Part shown: positions 49,732 through 59,434 of the stretch, one piece after another
Layout of the letters: each line of letters opens with the position of its first letter
How positions within the stretch are numbered: position 1 is the stretch's first letter
Assembly: GCA_018240245.1 (NCBI GenBank)
Contig: JAFEGD010000122.1
Location: 1,901 to 65,900, forward strand
Source: Spirochaetota bacterium
GTDB taxonomy: Bacteria > Spirochaetota > Leptospiria > Turneriellales > Turneriellaceae
DNA: 64,000 nt
Direction of reading: 5' to 3'
Notes under the pieces: model-generated
What the model was told of the DNA's origin: nothing
Seen by the model: the letters and a program-made list of their open reading frames with translations, nothing else
Databases searched by the model: none
Translations under genes and position numbers: made by a program

Positions 49732-51356
49732 GAACCATAATTCTCGACAATCTTATTCTTCTGAATCTTGCCTGTTGCGGTTTTCGGGAAGGCCGCGACG
49801 AACTCGATCACCTTCGGCATCTTGTAGTTGGCGATTTTTTCGCGTAAAAATGCGCGAATATCTTTCGCCTCGAGTGCCACGCCTTCTTTGGGGATAATAA
49901 ACGCGCCGACGACTTCGCCGTAGCTCTTGTCGGGAATGCCGACAATCGCACATTCTGAAACCGCCTCGTGCTTGTAGAGCGCCTCTTCGATTTCTTTCGG
50001 ATAAATATTTTCGCCGCCTTGAATAATCATTTCTTTTTTGCGGCCGGTGATGTAAAAGTAGCCGTCGCTGTCGCGTTGGCCCAAATCGCCCGTGTGCAAC
50101 CAACCGTCGACGAGCGTCTGCCGATTCGCCTCGGGCTTCTTGTAGTAGCCATTCATCATGTTCGGGCCTTTAATGACGATCTCGCCGATCTCGCCATCTT
50201 TCAAAAATATATTTTTATCGTTAATGTTGGGGTTGACAATCGCTGCGTTGCCATCCGTGGCCGCAGCGACTTCGCCACCTCGTATGGCTACAATCGCCAT
50301 CTCTTGTCCCGGTATCGCGACACCGATCGAACCAATCTTGCGCGTGCCATGCAACGGATTCAGCGACGATACGCACGTGCCTTCGCTGAGACCATAGCCC
50401 TCGATAATTTTTGCTTTGAATTTTTCTTCGAACTTATTGAAGACTTCGACGGGCATCGGTGCCGCGCCGCAGACGCACGCTTTGAGAAATGAGAGGTCGG
50501 CACCGTCGGCGTCCTTTAATTCATTCAAAAAATTATAAATCGTCGGCACCCCGCTGAACGTCGTGCAACGATATTTCTTGAGAGTGTCGATAAAACCGCG
50601 CGGCTTGAAACCTTCTTCGAGCACGACCGTCGCCCCCGCCCATAACGTCGCCATCATCGAGGCGATTTGTGCGTTGACATGAAAAAGCGGCATGATGCAC
50701 AATGCAGTGTCGTTTTCTGCCAAGTCGATCATCTGGTGCGCGACAAAACTGTTATAAAGAATATTTGCGTGCGTGAGTAAAACGCCTTTGGGATGTCCCG
50801 TTGTGCCTGAGGTATAAATCATCGAAGCGTAATCGCTCCCTTTAAGGTCTTTTGCGTCGAAGCGTTCGGCTTTTTCGATTTCTGTACGCAAGATTTTCGC
50901 GTCGGGATAATGGGCGTCGGCTTCGGTGAGAACGACGGTCTTGAGTTTTGTCAGGCGCGGCCACACGGCTTCGAGCGCCTTGCGAAAGGTCGGTGTTGTA
51001 ACCAAGATTTCGGCGTCCGAATCGTTCAGAATATATTCGAGTTCTTCTGCTTTTAAGAGCGTATTGATCGTGACAGCGGTGAATCCCCCTTTCATGCTGC
51101 CGAACCACGCTTCGAGAAATTCAAGCGAGTTGGGGATTAATACCGCAATATGATCGCCTTTGTGCGCGCCGAGCGCGTGGAGCATACCCGCAGCCTTGCT
51201 TGTTAATGCATCGAATGCGGCATAACTATGCGCCTTGTCTTGCCAGTAGAGGTAGGTTTTGTCGGCGTGCGCTTTGGCGCGTTCGTGCCACAGCTCGTTG
51301 ATTGTCTTGCAGGGAACTTCAGTTATTATGTGCGCGAGTGGATTCATAAACGCCAC
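49725..51356 (-). CDS. Long-chain-fatty-acid--CoA ligase (AMP-binding family)
   Basis: AMP-binding signature MIYTSGTTGHPKGV, plus GYGLSE, TGDLG and a C-terminal PKTATGKIQK. Confidence 0.9.
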   Translation of the reverse strand: MAFMNPLAHIITEVPCKTINELWHERAKAHADKTYLYWQDKAHSYAAFDALTSKAAGMLHALGAHKGDHIAVLIPNSLEFLEAWFGSMKGGFTAVTINTLLKAEELEYILNDSDAEILVTTPTFRKALEAVWPRLTKLKTVVLTEADAHYPDAKILRTEIEKAERFDAKDLKGSDYASMIYTSGTTGHPKGVLLTHANILYNSFVAHQMIDLAENDTALCIMPLFHVNAQIASMMATLWAGATVVLEEGFKPRGFIDTLKKYRCTTFSGVPTIYNFLNELKDADGADLSFLKACVCGAAPMPVEVFNKFEEKFKAKIIEGYGLSEGTCVSSLNPLHGTRKIGSIGVAIPGQEMAIVAIRGGEVAAATDGNAAIVNPNINDKNIFLKDGEIGEIVIKGPNMMNGYYKKPEANRQTLVDGWLHTGDLGQRDSDGYFYITGRKKEMIIQGGENIYPKEIEEALYKHEAVSECAIVGIPDKSYGEVVGAFIIPKEGVALEAKDIRAFLREKIANYKMPKVIEFVAAFPKTATGKIQKNKIVENYGSR

Positions 51357-51410
51357 GTTAATAAAATGTGCGCAAACCCGTCACGCTTTTTAAGCCGTTG
51401 TGCCTTGCGT

Positions 51411-53186
51411 TCAATTCCGGTTGTCGTAAATTTCAAAGCGACTTCGTTCTACACTTATATCGATGGTCGACAATTGTTTTGCCACCTTGAGAGGAATCAG
51501 CAGCGTGCGTTCGACTTCGCGCACGTCGATACCTTGAAAAATCTGGATAAGCTCAAGTCCCTCTTCTGTTAAACGCATCACGCCAAAATCGGTCGCGTAA
51601 AACACGCGCTTGCCTTTTTCGAGCGCGCGCCGTGCGTTAAACGTAATTTCGTCTAATACCGGCACGAGCTTGGGTATGCCGTGGGTGGCGATCGTGACGC
51701 GCTCGTCGGCGACAACCGTGTTTCCGCGCGCCATGTAGCTACCGACAAAGATAATCGTTCGTGCGCCTTCGCAAATGTCGATGAAGCCGCCGGGGCCGAT
51801 CGTGCCTTCGGCTGTCTCGCCGCGCTTCGAGACGTTGACGTTACCCGCGGCGTCGATTTGCAAGAAACCTAAAACGGTAACCGCAAGTTCTTTTTTATAG
51901 CGCTGGAAGGTTTCGTACGAGCTCTCGAGGCGTTCGGGATAAATCGCCGAGCCGAAAAAAATACCCGGCGCGGGAGCGCCGCCCAACGCACCGCTCTCGA
52001 CCGAAAATGTAACTTCGCTGTCTAAGCCTGCGTCGCAAAAAATCCCGCCGACTTCTTCGGGAAGCCCGACACCTAAATTCACGACGTCGCCCTTCTTTAT
52101 ATTTTCTGAGACAAGACACGCCGCGACGCGCGCTAAAATAGCACTTATCGCATTGCGCTTTGCGGTGATGCCTGCCACAGTATTAACGAAGCGCAGCGCG
52201 GCATACGCTTGTTTTTTGGCTGCATTCGTCGCCGACGTGTTCGGCGGTAAAAAAATATTCCACGCATGCTCGAGTGCAAGGCCGCCGAGTTGCTCGTATT
52301 GCGGATGCACCACGATGTGATCGACTTGATCGGCAGCGAGAATTTTCTTAAGCCCCGCACTCTCGCGCACCGCTTGCACGACGGCAATCACCTTGCCGCC
52401 ATTCTGGCGCGCGGCCGCTGCGGCATCGACAATTTCTGAAAGCGCGGCAAAACCATCGGCGTAAAGGTTGCCGTCTGTATCGGCGAAAGCGGCTGTAATA
52501 ACTACTACATCCAGCGTGGGGATAGTATAGCGTATCGCGTCTGCGGTGCGCTCGGCAAGACTCGGCTCGTCGCCAAACGCGAGCGACCCCTTGCCGTGCG
52601 GCGCTTCGGTATCGAGAAACGTACCCAAGCCTGTAGTAGTTATTACATTTTTTTCGCCGCGCGTTTGCGCTGCGACAAGTTCGGTCAAAACACCCTGCGG
52701 CAGCGTGTGGATTACCATCTTGCCCGTCTTGGCAAGCGTAATAAACGTCGGCACCGTTTCGATGTGCGCGCTAATGTAGCGCGCGATAATACCGGGATGC
52801 GCCAATTCTTCGATCGAACCCGGTGCCTGCCCGCGTGCGCCCGCAGCCGTCACCGTCACCCAAGTAAGTTTTAGCGGGCGCAAAGTTTTCTTCGCTTGCG
52901 TCGCGAGCGCAATATAAAATAGCGAAGGCCGCGCGATACCGCCGAAGCCCGTACTGAGTATCGTCTGGTTTGGTTTGATGAGTTTCGCCGCTTGGCGCGC
53001 GCTGACAATTTTTTGCACCACCGCACCCCACGATGCAGAAATGGGCGGCGTGAAATCTAGATCGCCTTCGATGCCGACGACGCGCGCGCGGGCGAGGTGC
53101 AGCAGCGGCTCGAGTTCTGCAACGTTCTCGGTGGCGGCGGCAAGTTCGAGTGCGCTCTTCGCGAGCGCGGCAAAATCGGCCATCAC
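51411..53186 (-). CDS. Fused alpha/beta family-I CoA-transferase (acyl-CoA:acetate/3-ketoacid CoA transferase-like)
   Basis: A 591-aa single chain. The N-half is alpha-subunit-like (GFGGIARP...). The C-half is beta-subunit-like, with FSVESGALGG in the position of the (S)ENG catalytic Glu motif. Confidence 0.7.
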   Translation of the reverse strand: MMADFAALAKSALELAAATENVAELEPLLHLARARVVGIEGDLDFTPPISASWGAVVQKIVSARQAAKLIKPNQTILSTGFGGIARPSLFYIALATQAKKTLRPLKLTWVTVTAAGARGQAPGSIEELAHPGIIARYISAHIETVPTFITLAKTGKMVIHTLPQGVLTELVAAQTRGEKNVITTTGLGTFLDTEAPHGKGSLAFGDEPSLAERTADAIRYTIPTLDVVVITAAFADTDGNLYADGFAALSEIVDAAAAARQNGGKVIAVVQAVRESAGLKKILAADQVDHIVVHPQYEQLGGLALEHAWNIFLPPNTSATNAAKKQAYAALRFVNTVAGITAKRNAISAILARVAACLVSENIKKGDVVNLGVGLPEEVGGIFCDAGLDSEVTFSVESGALGGAPAPGIFFGSAIYPERLESSYETFQRYKKELAVTVLGFLQIDAAGNVNVSKRGETAEGTIGPGGFIDICEGARTIIFVGSYMARGNTVVADERVTIATHGIPKLVPVLDEITFNARRALEKGKRVFYATDFGVMRLTEEGLELIQIFQGIDVREVERTLLIPLKVAKQLSTIDISVERSRFEIYDNRN

Positions 53187-54484
53187 TCGACCTTAGCTAA
53201 GACTGCGGCGGCGCCCAAGCCGCCGGCGGCGCAGATGCCTAAAACGACGCGCTGCGCGTTGCCGCCTGCAATCTCGTTCGCCATCGTGTTCACCATGCGC
53301 GCTCCGGTTGCGCCGAAAGGGTGGCCGAGCGATACCGACCCACCGTGAATATTAATTTTGTGCGGAGGTATCTCGGCGGCTTCGGCTCTCGCCGATGCGT
53401 GGCGTTTGACGAATGCCGGGGAAGCCAGCGCTTTCAAAACGCAGAGCACTTGCCCCGTAAACGCCTCGTGGATATCAAAGAGGTCGATGTCGGCCATCTT
53501 AAGCCCCGCGCGCTCGAGCGCCAAGGGCATCGAAATTGCCGGGCCGATCAAGAGTTGGTCGCGTGGGTCGACGCCGCTATAGTGCCATGAAAGAAAACGC
53601 GCACGCGGTTTGAAGCCGAGTTCTTTGGCTTTGCGATAACTCATGATAAGTGTCGCCGCGGCGCCGTCGGTCAACGCCGACGCGTTACCGGCGGTAATCG
53701 TGCCGCCGCGCCGAAACGCGGGCTTCAATGCCGCCAATTTTTCAAATTCGATATTGCCGCGCACGATGCTGTCGGTATAAACCGTCTTACTTGGTCTCGC
53801 TTCAACGGGAAAAACTTCGTCGCGAAAACGGCCTTCGCGCAGCGCCCGCGCGGCGTTGGTGTGCGAGCGCAACGCAAACTCGTCTTGCGCGGCGCGCGTA
53901 ATGCCGTTGCGCCGACACATGTCGTCGGCCGATTCGCCCATGAGCTCGCCCGTCAAACGCTCGGCGACGCGCGGCATTTTGGGTATAAGATCGTTAAAGG
54001 GGATTAACTGCGCGAGCGCGCCTAAATAATCGAGCGGGGACGATTTGCCGTTCATGACGACCGGCGCCAACGTTTGGATAAGTTTTTTGGGCAGCGGCAC
54101 TTCGGCGTTCGACACCGATTCGGAGCCGCCCGCAATCACGCACTCGAATTCGCCGCGCTCGATTGCCGCCGCCGCTTGCGTGATCGAAAGCAAACTGCTC
54201 GAACACGCGCGCGTCACGGTAAACGCCTCGGCCGTTGGGCGAATCGCCGTTTCGAGTGAAATCTCGCGCGCTAAATTAGGCGTCGTGCCCGGTAAAATCA
54301 CACCGCCCCAAATGACGGCATCGACATCGCGCGCGACACCCGTGCGCGCCAGCAGCGCTTGCACCGCGCGGCGGCCGAGTGCGATCGTGTCGAGCGCGGT
54401 AAACTCTTGAAACGCGCGCACGAACGGGGTTCTAATGCCGTCGACGACGACGGCGGTGCTGTCGGTTAAAGGCTTTGGTTTCAT
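53183..54484 (-). CDS. Acetyl-CoA C-acyltransferase (thiolase)
   Basis: Active-site Cys context VTRACSSSLLS and C-terminal thiolase signatures NIHGGSVSLGHPFGATGARM and GICAAGGLGAAAVL. Confidence 0.9.
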   Translation of the reverse strand: MKPKPLTDSTAVVVDGIRTPFVRAFQEFTALDTIALGRRAVQALLARTGVARDVDAVIWGGVILPGTTPNLAREISLETAIRPTAEAFTVTRACSSSLLSITQAAAAIERGEFECVIAGGSESVSNAEVPLPKKLIQTLAPVVMNGKSSPLDYLGALAQLIPFNDLIPKMPRVAERLTGELMGESADDMCRRNGITRAAQDEFALRSHTNAARALREGRFRDEVFPVEARPSKTVYTDSIVRGNIEFEKLAALKPAFRRGGTITAGNASALTDGAAATLIMSYRKAKELGFKPRARFLSWHYSGVDPRDQLLIGPAISMPLALERAGLKMADIDLFDIHEAFTGQVLCVLKALASPAFVKRHASARAEAAEIPPHKINIHGGSVSLGHPFGATGARMVNTMANEIAGGNAQRVVLGICAAGGLGAAAVLAKVE

Positions 54485-55891
54485 TTATGCTCCCAACAAG
54501 CTGCCGCCGCAGATGCGCAGCGTTTGCCCGTTCACGGCATACGCTGCCGGTTGCGTCAAAAACGCCACAACCTGCGCGACGTCTTGCGGCTGGCCGCCTT
54601 GGCCTAAGTTGTTGAGGCGGCGGCCGACTTCGCGCGTAAAGAACGGAATCGATGCGGTCATTTTGGTTTCGATAAAACCGGGCGCGACTGCGTTGATCGT
54701 CGAGCCGCTTTTTGCGAGTTCTGGCGCCGTCGCCGCGACAAAACCTCTGAGCGCCGCTTTCGACGCCGCATAGTTAGTCTGGCCGAAATTTCCGGCGACT
54801 CCCGCAATCGACGAGAGGCAAACCACACGCGCAAAAGCGTTGAGGGATTTATCGGCGACCATGCGCCGCGTGATCGTCATCGGCGCGCGTAGGTTGATAT
54901 CCATCACGCGGCGCCAACTTTCGACCGGCATATTTTTTAGCGTCTTGTCGAGCGTGATGCCCGCATTGTGTACGACGATGTCGCAGCCTTTGAACTTTGT
55001 CGTAAAGTACGCCGAAATTTTTTCAGCGGCGCTCGCCTCGGACAAATCTTGATAGAAAATATGGCTGTCGATTTTGCGCGCGGTCGCCGCCAGCGCCTCG
55101 CCTTCTTGCGAGCGGTCGAGGCACACGACGTGAGCGCCTTCGAGCGCCAACGCTTGCGCAATCTCGGCGCCGATGCCGCGCGCAGCGCCCGTGACGAGCG
55201 CGACTTTGCCTTTGAGGCTTTGCGCGCGTAAAATTTCTTTTGGCTTTTGCGCATTCGCGGCGAGCGGCAAGACTTGGCCGGTGACATAGCACGCTGCGCG
55301 CGAAAGAAAAAATGCGAGCGGCCCCAGCAGCGCGTCGTCTGCGGCATCGGCGCGAATAATTAGATTCGCCGTCGCGCCGCGCGCGCCGATTTCTTTTGCG
55401 AGACTGCGCATAAAACCTTCGAGCGCGCGCACATACGTCAAATCGCCGTTTGCCGGAGTCGTTGCGATTATCACGACGCGACCATTCGTCGCTAGGCGGC
55501 GCAGATGTTCGTGAAAAAACTCATATACGCTTTCGAGACTCGCGATGTCTTGAATTGCGCTGCCGTCGAAGACGAGCGCGTCGAGCGTCTCTTTTTCTTC
55601 GAGCGTCGCCAAGCGGCGAATCTGGCGACCGAAGGCGACGAGATGCGCCTCGATTTCTTTCGCGACACCGTGCTCGCAATAGATGTTCGCCCCCGCTTCG
55701 GCGAGCGCGGTTAGCACGGCTTCAGAAGTTTTGCCCGAAGCGGTCACGAACGCAAGCCTTTGGTCTTTGAGGGGGATTTCGGAAAGCGCGCCCGATTGCC
55801 GTTTCAGCGCAACCGGCGTTGGTACGCCCACCTCGGTTAAGATTTTTTTAATCAGCGGGTTTTTTCCCGCCGAAAGTAAGAGGTCGTTCAT
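54485..55891 (-). CDS. Two-domain short-chain dehydrogenase/reductase (FabG4-like 3-oxoacyl reductase)
   Basis: The C-terminal SDR has GKVALVTGAARGIGAEIA and YAASKAAL (YxxxK). A ~200-aa N-terminal extra domain gives the 468-aa architecture reminiscent of mycobacterial FabG4. Confidence 0.8.
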   Translation of the reverse strand: MNDLLLSAGKNPLIKKILTEVGVPTPVALKRQSGALSEIPLKDQRLAFVTASGKTSEAVLTALAEAGANIYCEHGVAKEIEAHLVAFGRQIRRLATLEEKETLDALVFDGSAIQDIASLESVYEFFHEHLRRLATNGRVVIIATTPANGDLTYVRALEGFMRSLAKEIGARGATANLIIRADAADDALLGPLAFFLSRAACYVTGQVLPLAANAQKPKEILRAQSLKGKVALVTGAARGIGAEIAQALALEGAHVVCLDRSQEGEALAATARKIDSHIFYQDLSEASAAEKISAYFTTKFKGCDIVVHNAGITLDKTLKNMPVESWRRVMDINLRAPMTITRRMVADKSLNAFARVVCLSSIAGVAGNFGQTNYAASKAALRGFVAATAPELAKSGSTINAVAPGFIETKMTASIPFFTREVGRRLNNLGQGGQPQDVAQVVAFLTQPAAYAVNGQTLRICGGSLLGA

Positions 55892-56802
55892 GCGTTACTC
55901 CTGGCTGTCGGTTGCGCATAGGCGGGTGCGATCGTGATGTGTCCCGTCGAAAATGCGAGGCCGCCCTTCGCTGCGCCTAAATAATAGTCGCCGTCGTCGG
56001 TTAAGAACACGCGGCAAACCTGCGGCAAGAAAAACGGTTTTTCGAAGCGAATCGAAATTTCGCTGAGCGGGTCGGCGACACCGGCAAAAATATTTTTTCG
56101 TAAACCCTCGTAAACGCGCCCCAACTGCGCGAAACCGTGCAGAATCGGTCGCTTAAAACCGAACGCGCGCGCATACGGCGGCAGGTAGTGAATGGGGTTG
56201 AAATCCCCCGAAAAGAAAGCGTACTCTAACCCGCTGCGTTCGTGCGCAGAGAACGATGCGACTTCGCGCGCATTGTCGGGCACGACGGCGTCGGCTTTCG
56301 GTATTTTATTTTGCTTGGGTGCAAGCGTGCGGCGCACGATCGACGTCTGCGTAACGGCAATCGCATTGCCTTCGCTATCGCGCGTCACCAGTTCTTGGTT
56401 CAAGATAATTCTGCGCTCGCCTTCGTCGAGAGAGACGAGCCGCGCGGTCACAACGAGTTTACCTTTTGCCGAAAGCGACTTGCCGAGCTTTACGCTGCAG
56501 CCGCCGTTCATGATCGCGGTGAGCGAATACGGTAAATCGGTCAAAGTCTGCATGAGTGCGGGAAATCCCCATTGTGGAAAAAGGTGAAACGGCAAGCGCC
56601 CGCGATAATCGGCCGCGTTGCCGCCGCAGCTTTTCACATAATCGGCGACAAGATTTTGCGAGGGGGGATTGCACGCTGTGCCGTATTCTTTCGGCGCAAA
56701 CGTATAGGCGCTCTCGTCTTTCGCACCGCCTAAGCTCGAAAGCGCGGCACGCGCGAGCGTCATGAGCACGGGCAACTGTTCGGGAATATACGCGAGGTTC
56801 AT
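55888..56802 (-). CDS. MaoC-like (R)-specific enoyl-CoA hydratase/dehydratase, double hot-dog
   Basis: Hydratase-2 motif FFSGDFNPIHY in the C-terminal half. A length of 304 aa is consistent with a double hot-dog fold. Has 4-nt overlaps with both neighbours. Confidence 0.8.
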   Translation of the reverse strand: MNLAYIPEQLPVLMTLARAALSSLGGAKDESAYTFAPKEYGTACNPPSQNLVADYVKSCGGNAADYRGRLPFHLFPQWGFPALMQTLTDLPYSLTAIMNGGCSVKLGKSLSAKGKLVVTARLVSLDEGERRIILNQELVTRDSEGNAIAVTQTSIVRRTLAPKQNKIPKADAVVPDNAREVASFSAHERSGLEYAFFSGDFNPIHYLPPYARAFGFKRPILHGFAQLGRVYEGLRKNIFAGVADPLSEISIRFEKPFFLPQVCRVFLTDDGDYYLGAAKGGLAFSTGHITIAPAYAQPTARSNA

Positions 56803-58004
56803 TTGAGCTCCTTCGAAGTTTTACCCAGAAGGCGGCGCGCAATCACGAGTTTTTGAATTTGCTGCGTGCCTTCGAAGATGTCGAAAATTTTCGAATCACG
56901 CGCCCATTTTTCGAGCAGCAAATCTTCGCTATAACCCATTTGGCCGCAAAGCTCGACGCAGCGCAGCGTGAGTTCGTTGCCGACACGGCCCGCTTTCGCT
57001 TTCGCCATCGACGCTTCGAGCGAATTGGGCATACCGTTGTCGGCCATCCAAGCGGCTTTGAGCACAGAAAGTCGTGCGGCTTCGAGTTCGGCCTCAAGTC
57101 GGTAAAGTTCGGCTTCGATCGCGGGTAGATCCCACACATTTTTTTCGTAATGAAACGTGTACCCGGCTTTTTCAAAAAGTTCGCGCGTGACCTCGAGCGA
57201 CGCCTGCGCCACGCCCAACGCCATTGCGGCAATAAGGGGGCGCGTGTTATCGAACGTCTTCATCGCGCCCGAAAAACTCTGTTCTGTTTCGATGGTCTCG
57301 CTGCCTAAAATATTCGTGCGCGGAATGCGGCAGTCGGTAAAAACCAAAGTCGCGGTATCGGACGCGCGAATGCCCAATTTTTTTTCGAGGCGTTCGACGC
57401 GCATGCCCGGCGTGCCGTGCTCGACGACGAACGATTTGATCGCCGCCTTGCCTTTCGCTTTGTCGAGCGTCGCCCAGACGACGACGAGCTTTGCGCGTTC
57501 GCCGCATGTCACAAAAATTTTCTCGCCGTTCAAGACCCACGAATCGCCGTCGAGGCGCGCCGTTGTAGAGATGTTTCCCGAATCGGAGCCTGCGCCGGGT
57601 TCGGTAATCGCCATCGACGCCCATTGGCTCGCGAAACGCGCCTTCTGTTCGTCGTTTGCGACCGCCGCAATCGCCGCGTTGCCGAGCCCTTGTCCGGGTA
57701 TCGTCAAGAGCAGACCCGCGTCGCCCCGGCACATTTCAATCGTATTCAAGACCAGTCCCATATTCTTGCCGTTGCGAATTTCGCCCGGCGTCGGCGCTTT
57801 CTTGTCGCGGGTCGCGCCGCTCGCACCCAAGCTCGCGCCGCCTTCTTCCATACCGCGCATAATCGACTCGAACATATCGAGTTCGACTGGGTATGCGTGC
57901 TCGGCGCTGTCGTATTTACGCGAGATTGGGCGAAAGGTGTTTTCGGCGACCTGACGCGCGAGCAGCGTGATGTCGGTATATTTCTTGGGGATTTCTAAAT
58001 TCAT
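56799..58004 (-). CDS. Acyl-CoA dehydrogenase
   Basis: MAITEPGAGSD, a C-terminal IFEGTQQIQ, and an SD GGAG upstream. Confidence 0.9.
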   Translation of the reverse strand: MNLEIPKKYTDITLLARQVAENTFRPISRKYDSAEHAYPVELDMFESIMRGMEEGGASLGASGATRDKKAPTPGEIRNGKNMGLVLNTIEMCRGDAGLLLTIPGQGLGNAAIAAVANDEQKARFASQWASMAITEPGAGSDSGNISTTARLDGDSWVLNGEKIFVTCGERAKLVVVWATLDKAKGKAAIKSFVVEHGTPGMRVERLEKKLGIRASDTATLVFTDCRIPRTNILGSETIETEQSFSGAMKTFDNTRPLIAAMALGVAQASLEVTRELFEKAGYTFHYEKNVWDLPAIEAELYRLEAELEAARLSVLKAAWMADNGMPNSLEASMAKAKAGRVGNELTLRCVELCGQMGYSEDLLLEKWARDSKIFDIFEGTQQIQKLVIARRLLGKTSKELK

Positions 58005-58019
58005 GGTGTTTCTCCTTAA

Positions 58020-58058
58020 ATAGTTATTACATTTTGCGAAGCAAAATGTAATAACTAT
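58020..58058. repeat. Perfect 18-bp-stem palindrome with a GAA loop (apex GCGAAGC) between the two acyl-CoA dehydrogenase genes
   Basis: ATAGTTATTACATTTTGC-GAA-GCAAAATGTAATAACTAT. It includes the upstream gene's stop codon (58055-58057). Confidence 0.85.
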
Positions 58059-59416
58059 ACATATAACGCTCCTTTAAGAATGGCGCTCGCTCTGAGCTGC
58101 CGATACCATAACTCGACCGGATGCTCGCGCGTGTAGCCGTGGCCGCCTAAAAGTTGCACCGCGTCGGTCGCAATCTTCATCGCATAGTTACTCGCCTGTA
58201 AGTCGGCGAGGTATGCTTCGCGCTTAAAGTCTAACCCGTGCTCGGCGCGACTGGCGGCGCGGTAGACCATGAGCCGCAGCGCCTCGTATTCGGTCGCCAT
58301 GTCGGCGAGCATAAACGCGACGGCTTGGCGGTGCGTAATCGGTTCACCGAACGCTTCGCGCGCGTTGCAGTACTCGATGGCATAATCGATCGCGGCTTTC
58401 ATCGTACCCACGGTGAGCGCTCCCAACGCGATTTGGCTCGACGCCATAAAGTGTTGCAAATCGAATTTGGTTTTACCTTCGCCTAAAAGACTGTCTTGCG
58501 GCAAGAGCGCATTCTCGATACGTAAGGTCGCAAGCGATGCCGCGCGTAATCCCATGTGGCGCTCTTCGTGCCAAGAAACACCCGGCTGGTCCTTTTCGAT
58601 AATAAACGGCACAACGCCTTCGCCGGCAAGGCGCGCGAAAACTAGCACTGCGTCGGCGCTTTCACCCGCAACGACCATACGCTTTTCGCCGGTCAGCCAA
58701 AAGCCGCTGTGCGCGCGCTCGGCGCGGGTCGTGATTTTGTCGTAATCGAAGCGCAGCGTGTTTTCCATCACCGCGAGCGCAGCTTGTACGTACCGGTCGC
58801 CGGTAAAGGGCGCTAAAAAACGGGCACGCTGCGCATCGCTGCCACAATCATTGACGAGGTTCACGAACGAAAGCGATGCAAGAATTTTAAGCGCGAGCGC
58901 ATAATCACCCAGCCCAAGTTTTTCTGCCAGCAGCGCAACGGTGACCGGGCTGCGTTCGTAGGCGGCACCGCCCGCCGCTTCGGGAATCGTCGCACCGAAG
59001 ATTCCCGTTTGTACAATTTTATCGTAAAATTCGGCGGTGAGAACTTCGCCCTCGTCGGCGGTTTTGCCAGTGGGGCGCAGCACCCCCTTAGCAAACTCTT
59101 CGATCATGTCGCCGATCATCTGCTGCTCTTCGCTAAAAGTAAGATCGAAGAGCGGCTCGGCTTTTTTTTCGGGACGGTTAAGCTTTGAGGTGGGTACTAA
59201 ATTTTGCAGTTGCTTAAAGACGCCCGTGAGTTCGGCGCCCGCTTTGAGCGCGGTACGCGATCCTAAATAGAGCGCTTCTTTGAATAAGGGCGCGACGCCC
59301 GTATCTTGCGCGAGTTGCGACCCGGCAATGCCGTTCATGACGCGCAGCCCGACAGCGGCGGCGGTTTCAATAATGTTGGCATTCGATTTTTTGGGTTTTG
59401 TTTTGGGCAAACTCAT
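58055..59416 (-). CDS. Acyl-CoA dehydrogenase with a ~85-aa N-terminal extension
   Basis: The ACAD core runs from FDLTFSEEQQMIGDMIEEFAKG onward, with a C-terminal LGGHGYTREHPVELWYRQLRA. The start codon is uncertain because there is no SD at 59416. Confidence 0.85.
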   Translation of the reverse strand: MSLPKTKPKKSNANIIETAAAVGLRVMNGIAGSQLAQDTGVAPLFKEALYLGSRTALKAGAELTGVFKQLQNLVPTSKLNRPEKKAEPLFDLTFSEEQQMIGDMIEEFAKGVLRPTGKTADEGEVLTAEFYDKIVQTGIFGATIPEAAGGAAYERSPVTVALLAEKLGLGDYALALKILASLSFVNLVNDCGSDAQRARFLAPFTGDRYVQAALAVMENTLRFDYDKITTRAERAHSGFWLTGEKRMVVAGESADAVLVFARLAGEGVVPFIIEKDQPGVSWHEERHMGLRAASLATLRIENALLPQDSLLGEGKTKFDLQHFMASSQIALGALTVGTMKAAIDYAIEYCNAREAFGEPITHRQAVAFMLADMATEYEALRLMVYRAASRAEHGLDFKREAYLADLQASNYAMKIATDAVQLLGGHGYTREHPVELWYRQLRASAILKGALYV

Positions 59417-59418
59417 TA

Positions 59419-59434
59419 TGGATAATATTATCCA
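59419..59434. promoter_or_regulatory. 16-bp perfect AT-rich palindrome TGGATAATATTATCCA at the head of the beta-oxidation-type operon (candidate operator)
   Basis: Begins 3 nt upstream of the annotated first start codon (59416). It lies in the 168-bp intergenic region preceding the seven-gene operon. Confidence 0.4.

Noticed and set aside
57157-57998. Antisense ORFs of 265 aa and 193 aa opposite the acyl-CoA dehydrogenase gene. Similar ones lie opposite the helicase/kinase (59651-60274, 59838-60692, 60847-61389), opposite the FGE-like lipoprotein (41724-42308) and within the DUF2339 gene in another frame (11225-11866).
   Set aside because: Each is contained in a CDS with strong family motifs. 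The translations are Ser/Arg/Pro/Ala-rich with no motifs, and there is no SD or operon logic.
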